From: Octopus vulgaris
Lineage: Eukaryota
Reading direction: 5' to 3'
Assembly: GCA_951406725.2 (NCBI GenBank)
Contig: OX597820.1
Span: forward strand, 27,032,001-27,096,000
Length of the DNA stretch: 64,000 nt
In this document: in pieces, positions 54,058-64,000 of the stretch
Layout: every line of letters starts with the position of its first letter
Position numbering within the stretch: position 1 is the stretch's first letter
Program-made: the position numbers and the translations under genes
The notes under the pieces: generated by a model
The model's input: only the letters and a program-made list of their open reading frames with translations
What the model was told of the DNA's origin: nothing
The model's database searches: none

Positions 54058-54240
54058 ACCTATTTCTTTATTACCTACAAGGGGCTAAACACAGTGCGTA
54101 ACTGGTACTTAATTTATCGACCCCGAAAGGATGAAAGGCCAAGTTGACCTCGGCGGAATTTGAACTCAGAATGTAACAGCAGACGAAATGCTGCTAGCGC
54201 ATTTCGCCCGGCGTGCTAACGTTTCTGCCAGCTCACCGCC
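54058..54240 (-). mobile_element. SINE family B (variant tail) with internal deletion
   Basis: atcgaccccgaaaggatgaaaggc..tttcgcccggcgtgctaacgtttctgccagctcaccgcc. Confidence 0.9.
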
Positions 54241-54842
54241 AATAACTACAATACCTTAGATAAGCTAACCCAATGGTTAAACAACAGCAACCACACGAAG
54301 AATAACGGCAACTATATTGTGTTGCTTTTATCATTGCTGAAAATACGTTAAATGATACAATCGTCTGTTAATAATTTACAGCAAGGCTAGCTGCACGATT
54401 TAATAGTCCATTGTCTTAGCTATCAACAGTATACAGCTACAACGAAGTGGGAATCCTTCAATCGGCCGTTCGAAGACGCTATCTTTTCACCCATCTGTGA
54501 ATATTATTGACCTAACTCTACAAGTTAAATTGAAAAGGCTTTATCGTACTAAAGCAGTTAGGTGACTTTCTGAATGGAATGTTGAGTGACCGGAGTTAAC
54601 AACTTGAAGTAGCTGTTTCCTTCCAATACCGCATTTTGGATTCGTGTCCTACAATGTTTCATATCACATATTTCAGGCTTTTATATGTTCATATTTTTGA
54701 GTAAAAAAAAATGGAGTTAATGAATGCATGCCCGCATTCAAACATACATCATATACATAGACACATACACCCATCGCAAACACATGTAGTAATCTTAGGC
54801 TAGTAAGTCCAAAGTAAACATCGCTCTTACGAGTAAAATTAT

Positions 54843-54895
<53 letters not shown>

Positions 54896-54991
54896 ACATC
54901 ACTGGTGTGTTTACGTCACTGTAACTTAGCGGTTCGGCAAAGATGAACGAAAGAATAAGTACGAGGCTTATTGTACCCTGGCCTACTCTAA

Positions 54992-55160
54992 CCAGCCGAA
55001 ATTGCGAGGATAATCTGGTGCGGTGCTTGACTGAAGATAGAAAGCTTCGAATGACCCGTCCTTGTTTTTTTTTTGTATCGTCTATCTGGATGTTTTGTTG
55101 TCCCATTTTGTATCATCTAGTTGTCCGGATGTTTTGCGTTCTTGTCCCATTTTGTAGTTT
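54992..55160 (+). mobile_element. Family D repeat, abutting a SINE-A tail fragment (54893-54970)
   Basis: Matches 29005-29170 in reverse complement. Confidence 0.7.
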
Positions 55161-55200
55161 ATATATATATATATAGCGGCGTACGTACACTTTGTTCTCT

Positions 55201-55274
<74 letters not shown>

Positions 55275-56619
55275 GGCAGCAAATGATAGTCATGGTGACG
55301 GGGTATCTACTTTAAAGATAAAAGCATTCAGCTCTTGGCATCTGGAAATCAGGGATCAAAAGATATGTGGTAATATGTTAGACCTAATTTGTTGCGTAGC
55401 TGAACACCACTAACAAGCCTCTGGGTCCCTGCAGCAGAATCCATTCGGCAGCAAGTTATACAACCAGACCCTCACCCTAGGTATAACTTTCCCTCTCACT
55501 TCCTTTCTCCCTCTTCTTTCTTCTTCTCATTCCTCTCTTTCTTCACCCTTCCTCTTTATCCTCTTTCTTCCTCTCTCTCTTCACCAGTCTCAGCGGCATG
55601 GAAAAGTGTCATAGCTACTGTTTTCTTCACTGACTAAGTCAGTCTCTCTTTCTCTCTCGCTTTATCTGTCTCTCTATCTCTCTCGCTCATACACACACAA
55701 ATGCAATTATTACGATGACAATAGGCATTCGATTTTAATGCTGAAATTAAAATATAAATCAAAATAGGAAAGGAAAAGAATTAAATCCTTTGTCAGCATG
55801 AGCACAACTCGTATCGACGATTTTTGCATTTTCATTGTGAGAGACCGTGAAAAATCAAATTTGAGATAAAACTGAATATTGATAACGTATCAATATCTAA
55901 AAGTCATAACGGTATAGAGCCGCAGATGTGATATATGTTATTAATCGAACACAAATCAACCACAGGTGAAATTCAGCTATTATTGTCGTTGTATCGATCA
56001 GCAGAGTGAAGAAAGTAATCCTTGTTTATGTGAAAGGAAATTTTACGAAATTATTGTAAGGATATAAATATATATTAAACTATAGAAAACGAAAATATCT
56101 GGAAAGAAACAACCGAGAAAGAGAGAGAGAGGGGGGAGGGAGAGAGAGAAAAAGAAAATATATATTTTATATTTCTACTGTTGTGAATATAAATGAAACT
56201 GCTATTACAGTAAACATGCGCAATAAATTTGAAATCCGGAAAAAAAATTTTAATACGGAAGTCTGTATGTATGTGTGTGTATTCGCGGGATTTTCTTTTT
56301 TATGTATGTATGTGTGTATGAATGTATGTATGTATGTATGTATTTCGGAGATGTACATGTTTGGCAAGTGAATAGAAGTGAGAGCGCGTGAAACGAAACC
56401 AATTGCAGTGTGGAAGACACATTTGAGCCATACAAAAACTGTTAAATTCAATCATTAAATTTCTGTCAAAATTTTCATTGCGCTGTCTGTGACCTGTCCA
56501 CTGACACTGTTCCATTGTATGTAAGTATATATGCATGTATGTATGTATGTATGTATGTATGTATGTATGTATGTATGTATGTATGTATGTATGTATGTAC
56601 GTATGTATGTATGTAGGTA

Positions 56620-56920
56620 TACTCTCTCTTTTACTCTTTTACTTGCTTTAGTCATTCGACTGAGGCCACACTGGAGCACCGCCTTCTAGTCGAACAAATC
56701 GATCCCAGGACCTATTCTTTGTAAGCCTAATACTTATTCTATCGGTCTCTTTTGCCAAAACGCTAAGCTACAGGGACGTAAACACACCAACATCGGTTGT
56801 CAAGCGATGGTGGGGAACAATCACACAAACACACACACACATATACGACAGGCTTCTTTCAGTTTCCGTCTGCCAAGTCCACTCACAAGGCTTTGGTCAG
56901 CCCGAGGCCTTAGTAGAAGG
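56620..56920 (-). mobile_element. SINE family A lacking its head
   Basis: Reverse complement of the body and tail. Confidence 0.9.
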
Positions 56921-56944
56921 CAATGCACAACATCTAATGCAAAT

Positions 56945-57525
56945 ATTTTCTGGTATAGCCCTGGGTCGACCAAAACTTGTGAATAGATTTAGCGAATGCA
57001 AGTCGAAAGAAGGCTGTCATATACATACATAAATACATACATACATACATATATATGTACACACGCACATAGGGCTTCTCTCTGTCTGTGTTTACCAAAT
57101 CCACTCCCATGTTTTGGGCCAATCCGAAGTGGATTTGATAAACACTTACCTGAGATGTATATATGTGTGTGTGTGTGTGTGTGTATTTGTGTGTGAGTGT
57201 GTGTGTGTATGCGTGCGTGTGTGCATGTGTATGTATATGTATCTGTATATATATTTGTATATATTTATATATACATAAGTATATGTATATGTATATGTAT
57301 ATGTGTGTGTAATTGTTTTCTTCCCTCCACCGTTTGACAACCGGTGTTGGTTTGATTCCCTCCCCCACAACTTAGCGGTTCGGCTAAAAGTGAACAGTAG
57401 AATAAGTAATAGGTTTAAAAATAGGTATTGTGGTCAATTTGTTCGACTAAAACCATCAAAAGCGGTGCTACAGCATGGCCGTATTCCACAGACTGAAACG
57501 AGTAAAAGAGGAAAGATAAAAGATA
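56945..57525 (+). mobile_element. SINE family A, old, headless, with internal inverted segment
   Basis: tatagccctgggtcgaccaaa..gacaaccggtgttgg..aacttagcggttcggc..cagcatggcc..gtaaaagag. Confidence 0.8.
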
Positions 57526-57751
57526 ATTGAATAGCGAAAACCTCTCTATGAAAAGATAAGAAAAACGATGCAGAACTATATTTATAACAAGAATAAACTA
57601 CGATATGGTCATATCATGGTTATTGGTTTCATAGATATTCTTCAGTATAACCTGGAGCCATCGCGACTTAATATAATGCAGTGCACAAAGCAAGACTGAA
57701 TAGAAAATAAAATATATTATTTGGCAGTATTACAATGTTATATAATAGTTA

Positions 57752-57882
57752 TACAACTATGGAAGGTCTACTATGACTACATTACAAAGTAAAATTAACA
57801 CAGAAAACACACGTAAAAGGCGTGTGTTTTCTGCGTTAATTTTGCTTTGTAATGTGGTCATAGTAGATCTTCCATAGTTGTA
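57752..57882. repeat. Long inverted repeat: 62-bp arms, 7-nt loop
   Basis: 57752-57813 vs the reverse complement of 57821-57882: 58/62 identical, all four differences transitions. Confidence 0.95.
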
Positions 57883-57899
57883 GATCTCTTATCTAAGGC

Positions 57900-57949
57900 T
57901 CGTCGTCTTATTTCATCATATATCATTATATGATGAAATAAGGCGACGA
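57900..57949. repeat. Inverted repeat: 23-bp arms, 4-nt loop
   Basis: tcgtcgtcttatttcatcatata / tatatgatgaaataaggcgacga, 1 mismatch. Confidence 0.9.
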
Positions 57950-58130
57950 ACTGGCAGAATCTTTCGCACGCCAAGGAAAATGCTTAGCGGCATGTCGTTC
58001 GTGTTTTCGCTCTTGGGTCAACTTCCGCCGTATTCGACTTTGGGTTCGATAAAATAAGTATCATTTAATCACCAGGGTCGATGTAATCGACATACCCCTC
58101 TCCTGAAACCGTTGATCTTGTGCCAAAAGC
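57940..58130 (+). mobile_element. SINE family B
   Basis: aaggcgacgaactggcagaatc..aaatgcttagcgg..gggtcgatgtaatcgac..cttgtgccaaaa. Confidence 0.85.
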
Positions 58131-58151
58131 ATATCTATACAGATATGTATA

Positions 58152-58671
58152 CAGGGGGCGTAGTGTATTTGAGGGCATACTTTTTTTGGGTCATTTTCTA
58201 CATATTTTGCTAAGTCTGTATAATTTTTGTTTCAAAAATTAATAATGGCAGACCCTCAGCTTACTCAAGAAATGAAGAGGCATGGTGTTATGTTATTATA
58301 GTTATAAAGGCTGAGCATAGCGATGCCAGATCTTTCCTCTACAAAGAAGTTAGAGACTGAAGTTGGAAAAGTATCACCAGTATCAAAGCATAAAAAGCAG
58401 TCTAAAGGCTCTGAATTTATCCACCAAGTTCAACAGATCATTGATTACAATCTCAGAAAGTCCATGAGATCAGGTGCAATAGATTTCCCTGTGGCAGAAG
58501 GAACAGTCAGAAATGTTGTCCACGAAGACAACAAATATAAGTTTTAAATGATGGGGAAAGGTCAGTTTGTCAGAAAAAGCAAAGGAAAATCACTACATCA
58601 GATCTCAAAGGTTCTTAAACAAACTGAAGAATCCAGCAGAAATTGATTTCATTTGGTTTTTCTCAAACGAG

Positions 58672-58673
<2 letters not shown>
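58152..58673 (+). pseudogene. 5' part of a Tc1/mariner-superfamily (maT/DD37D-like) transposon relic
   Basis: ta|cagggg TIR-like start. RKSMRS.A.D..V.EGTVRNVVHED is HTH-like, and RFLNKLK..WFFSNEK resembles FSDEK. The relic is truncated by (TA)n. Confidence 0.7.
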
Positions 58674-58711
<38 letters not shown>

Positions 58712-59412
58712 GTATGTATGTATATATACATACATATATATATGTATCTATGTATATTTATCTATTTAGATAAACATATATATATATATATATACACATA
58801 CATTCATACATATATGTATATATACATATATAAATATACATACATGCACGCACAGACACATAAACATATATAAAGATAGGGTGAGGAGGAAGGTGTGTGT
58901 GTATGTCTGTGTAAAAATGCTAGAACAGCAAAACGGTTGGTTAGAGGAAGCTGAGGCAAGTGAACTAGGTGAAATGATTAAAATACCTTGGCTGAAATAC
59001 TAGAAGTTTAATCGAGAAAATAAATTAGCTCTAACATTTTTCAAGTAGATAGCATTTTTAATTAAATAGAAAACAACACCACCACCACCAACAACAACAA
59101 CAACAGTAACACCAGCAACAATAACAAAAACATCACTAGCTACAACGCGATCAAGAACAAACAACAGAAGCGCCAACGACAAGTCACGAAGTGAAACACT
59201 TTGAGAGGAAGTACTTAAATCTGTGTGTGTGGTAAGAAAAATGGACGTGAAGCCTAACAGGAACTAGCGAAGTTATTTATAGAATAACCTCCATTCATAT
59301 CGCTTAAATATATGTGTGCGCGTTTGTGTAAAAACTTTATCGTCACTAGTTGTGACTGAGGGTGTCGAAAAACCTATATTACAAGAAATAAGAGTTACAA
59401 AAATTAATGCTG

Positions 59413-59485
<73 letters not shown>

Positions 59486-59798
59486 ATACACTGACAGGGG
59501 AGATAACCGTCTATATTGCGCCTAAAATGCTAAGTCATCAGCATTGCAGTAAATTCTTCCCACTTTTCTTAACGTTAAACTAATCATTTTGATCGTGAAC
59601 AAATAATACCGATTATCCATAGCGTATTGTTGATTGTTTTTGTTCTTTCGCCCTTTTTCATCTCTCTCTCGTTCCCTCCGCTGTCTGTCTATCTATCTGT
59701 CTCTATCTATCCATCTTTCACTTCATCATTTATGTAAAGACCCATTATTGCTTGCACACCTGAACAGTCACACTCGTATATATTCATGTATGGGTGTG

Positions 59799-59835
<37 letters not shown>

Positions 59836-60342
59836 GCCGAAATTGCGAGGATGATGCAGTTCTTGACTGAAGATAAAAGGCTTCGTATGACGCGCGCCTG
59901 TGTGTTTCTGATTGTTCGCGTTTAAGAGCGCGTATTTTTGTGCCTTTGCACTAATAATGAAATATATATTTATTCAGATGTGATTCTCTCGTCAAATTAA
60001 GTAGTTATATTTTCTTCATAATTGTAGTAATTAAAATTTCCTTAATTGCTCCGAAATCTATTTTCGTCAGTCCAGACCACACGCCACTTAACTGTTTAAT
60101 GTGTATTTCGTTTTAAAGGAAATAATTCTAAGAATGGTACGGAAGTTGAGTAAATTGTTGTTTATGAAGGATTAAATGGAGAAAGATTACAAACAACAAC
60201 ATACCGTTCTTCAAATTTAGTCATTGAATATAGCGAAAGACCTGGCTATATTATGTGTCTGTAATCTGTATAAATGTATATATGTAGTTGAGTATGTATG
60301 CGTGTAGACGTTAGAAAATTTCTTTAACGCATCATTAATTAT

Positions 60343-60391
60343 AAGTTACAATTGTTTCAGTACAACCTCTAAGAGGCACTTCATTAGACTT
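60343..60391 (-). ncRNA. Type I hammerhead motif with G5A core mutation (likely inactive)
   Basis: Minus strand: aagt-CTAATGA-agtgc-ctcttagaggtt-gtact-GAAAC-aatt-GTA-actt. Stem III is the palindrome ACAATTGT. Confidence 0.65.
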
Positions 60392-60729
60392 GCATCAAAG
60401 GTGTATTATCACATTGTGCGTCCTTCAGGTCGAATGCTTCCCTGGAAATACCTTAACTTCACCCCCACCCGACATTATATATATATATATATATATATAT
60501 TTCGTTTCTGGATTTGGTTTGCAAGATTCTTTATGTGAGTTTGTGTGTTGAAGCACATTCTGTTGTGTCTGGGGAGAGTCATTCCCTTTTAGTGCCTTAT
60601 AATTTAACTCACCTACCGGTAAAATTTCCACTTATTTCTTTTTTATTTTTCTAAAATTTTCGTTGCGTCTTTTGAGTCAAAACTACTGAAACGGTTGCAA
60701 GACGCAACGAACACTTTAGAACAATCAAA

Positions 60730-61042
60730 GATACGACGACGAGGGTCCCAGCTGATACGATCAACGGAAAAGCTTGCTCGTGAAATTAACGTGCAAGTGG
60801 CTGAGCACTCCACAGACACGTGTACCCTTAAAGTAGTTTTCAAGGAGATTCAGCATGACACAGAGTGTGCCAAGGCTGGCCCTTTTGAAATACAGGTACT
60901 ACTCATTTTTGCCAGCTAAGTAGACTGGAGCAACGGGAAATAAAGTGTCTTGCTCAAGGACACAACGTGTCGCCGGGAATCGAACTTACAATCTTACGAT
61001 CATGAGCCGAATGCCCCTAACCCCTAATCCACGCGCCCTCAC
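60730..61042 (-). mobile_element. tRNA-derived SINE (H2 + M2 + T1)
   Basis: Head gttcgattccc, then gttgtgtccttgagcaagacactttatttcccgttgctccagtc, then the same T1 tail as family C. Confidence 0.88.
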
Positions 61043-61541
61043 AATTTGGACAATAAAAGTATATAAAATTTGGACAATAAAAGTATTTAAAATACCATAC
61101 AAAATAAATTCTTGATTTACGGAAATTATTAAGTTATATTTGCAACCGATTCCGAATGCGTAGGGGGTGAAAAGTATACATACATACATGCATACATACA
61201 CACACACATACATATACACATACATACATACATACATACATACATACATACATACATACATACATACATACATACATGCATACATACATGGTATGCATAC
61301 GTATATGTGTACACACACACACGTACATATATAAGTTGCAAAACTAACTGAACTGTTGAACTCAGACAATATGCTTTTCGGAGTGATAGCGTTGGATTGC
61401 TTCGAGCATCGCTGTTAGCTATGTGGTAGCTATGTATAGAGAGCACTGGTCCAGACGGCAGAGAACAAACGTTTTCCAGAAGGTTCTTTTCCTTTCTATC
61501 TGAAATAGGTTGGATTCTCAGAATCCAGCCCATTAGTTGCA

Positions 61542-61606
<65 letters not shown>

Positions 61607-62051
61607 GTCTGTTTATCTCTCTCTCTCTCTCTCCTTCTATCTATCTACTTATCTATCTATTATCTATTGTGGTATTTGCATGGAAAACGATATGAATAAA
61701 TACTTTGTCGAGGAATCATAGTATATACAAATTAAATTAAATGCCAGAGTAAACTTCCACCAATAGTTAAATATATTTACCGTAATAAACAACAGTCTTC
61801 TATCTAATAATACGTTGATATTGTCCAAAGACTTGCAGAATTCGTATACAATTTCCTACTTAGTGCTCCTGCACAATCATGAGGTTAAATATCCATTCAG
61901 TTTGTTCCGCTAGCAATTTGAAGAAGCATACTTGCAACTGACCTTTTGCGCTTTATACGCAATCAAATGTTTATATTTACATAGATATCTACGTGTATGT
62001 TTACTTTACTTTGTGCTAGCACACTACAATTTCTCAGGCATTGTATGTACG

Positions 62052-62095
<44 letters not shown>

Positions 62096-62100
62096 TAGAT

Positions 62101-62147
<47 letters not shown>

Positions 62148-62319
62148 AATATAGATACCAAACATTGACAGATTCTCAATACATTTAAGTAAAGTGCATA
62201 TATTTACTTATGCAAGATAAATACTTATAGTGACTTCGAACTTTCGCCAATTGTTTGAATTGATTAGCATATAGGGTTTTATTTTATTTTGCGGTATAAT
62301 TATGTACATTAGATTAATA

Positions 62320-62500
62320 GGGTTGGCTGCGTGAATAAAAAGCTTCCTCAGTAGCCGTTTGGATTTTGGATTCAGTTCCATTGCGTGATATGTCGATCAA
62401 GTGTCATCTACTATGACCCCGTACCAACGAATTACTTGAGAGTGAATTTAGTAGATGGAAACTGTGTGGAAGCTCTCATGTGCATGTGTGTATGTGTGTT

Positions 62501-62545
<45 letters not shown>

Positions 62546-63125
62546 TTTTGTATTTGTCCTTCACCACAATTTATCAACTGGTGTTGGTTATTTACGTCTA
62601 TAACAGCGATTAGGAGTGGCTGGGTGGTAAGTAGCTTGCTTACGAACCTCATGGTTTCGGGTTCAGTCCCACTGCTTGGCACCTTGGGTAAGTGTCTTCT
62701 ACTATAGTCTCGGGCCGACCAAAGCCTCGTGAGTGGATTTGATAGACGGAAACTGAAAAAGCCCGTCGTATATATATATATATATATATATAAATATGTG
62801 TGTGTATATGTTTGTGTGTCTGTATTTGTTCGCCTAACATCGCTTGACAACCAATGCTGGTATGTTTACATCCCCGTAACTTAGTGGTTCGGCAAAAGCG
62901 ACCGATAGAATAAGTACTGGGCTTACAAAGAATAAGTCCTGGGGTCGATTTGCCCGACTAGAAGGCGGTGATCCAGCATGGCCACAGTCACATGACTGAA
63001 ACAAGTAAAAGAGTAAAGAGAATAAGTCCCGGTTGTTAAAAAAACATAAGTACTTGGGTCGCTTCGTTTTGGACTAAATTCGTTAAAGGGATGATCGCAG
63101 TCCAGTTTGAAACAAAAGATAAATC
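62320..63125 (+). mobile_element. Old SINE-A (62320-62610, resuming about 63020-63125) interrupted by a young SINE-A (62611-63020)
   Basis: The diverged head and body stop at tttacgtctataacagcgat. After the young copy's tail, the old tail resumes (gaataagt..taagtacttgggtcg..gaaacaaaagataaa). Confidence 0.85.
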
Positions 63126-64000
63126 TTAATATTCTTTAATCAACTCTTCAGATAATTATCAAATGTGATTAAATAATGCAGGAGCATCCCTTCCATATTC
63201 CTGCATCTACAATTTTCTCTTGTTCTTTCGCTTTATATCAGCTTTGATCGAGCACACCCATCAATGATATTCCAACCGTGACCATTGTCTCTTATTCGTG
63301 ACTATCCTGTCTTTTCAGATATCAGATGCTCCAAACGCGACCACTTCGTATATTATTTGCGCCAGTCAATAGTCATTGCCCATTATAGCCATTTTCAGAA
63401 AAGATGGCAACTTTAAAGCAAAGTTGGCTGCCATTTTTACCTTGCAGAACAACCACATAGAACCCAACCTCCTTCGCGCTTCTTAATTTTTTTCTCTATA
63501 TTCTCTTTGCCAATATCGTTAATTGCATCGCAAAGTATATTAAAATCTTCACGGTTTAATATGATTGTCGCGATTCTATGAAACTCACACAGTGTGAAGC
63601 AAAAACATAATAAAGCACTTGATTGATAGTATATACATAATATAAACTTTGAAAAATCTAATATGCATTCCTTCTAACATATGAATTGTATGAAAGTTCA
63701 ATTTTCCATTGTGTATTTTAAAATGCAAGAATGAGAAGAAATAAAAATTCATTTTGTGTTTAACGTATAACAATGTACTTTGTTGAGAGTTTTAAAAACA
63801 CGTTGTTTCCAATACTATATTAAATGTAGAATAGCGGTCAACGATAAAAAATAAAATGAAGTGAAACTATTAATTCTAATATAAATTGTTAAGCGTATAA
63901 TAGAATGTAGTTGTTCAGCATATGAAGATTATTTTATGTCTAAAAAGATTCTGGACAAAGTTTTATTAGAATTTCCATTGTTTGCTTCCTAGAGACATGG

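Noticed and set aside
61043-61090. 24-bp direct duplication aatttggacaataaaagtat (also tccagaccgtga x2 near 37124-37148)
   Set aside because: Ordinary slippage duplications with no further structure.

Overview
This is AT-rich eukaryotic intronic/intergenic DNA, most likely from an octopus (coleoid cephalopod). That is an inference from the repeat repertoire. I cannot recognise any intact host protein-coding gene, and nearly all ORFs in the supplied track are translations of microsatellites or SINEs. The window is a mosaic of mobile elements. It has dozens of tRNA-headed SINEs in several modular families, a decayed hAT (ZMYM1-like/DUF4371) transposase, several Tc1/mariner/pogo relics and MITEs, a non-autonomous Helitron, an RTE-clade LINE 3' fragment, a probable Penelope-like (PLE) relic, minisatellites and very many microsatellites. 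The best leads are: (1) an intact-looking type I hammerhead ribozyme (33559-33640, minus) plus two decayed ones; (2) an RTE fragment flanked by a ~150-bp direct repeat, a candidate giant target-site duplication; (3) a 62-bp-arm hairpin whose mismatches are mostly G:U plus one A:C (57752-57882); (4) a ~100-bp GC-rich structured island (18195-18300); (5) combinatorial shuffling of SINE modules. I cannot demonstrate a wholly new biological system from sequence alone. Coordinates were counted by eye, and the ends of degenerate repeats are approximate.
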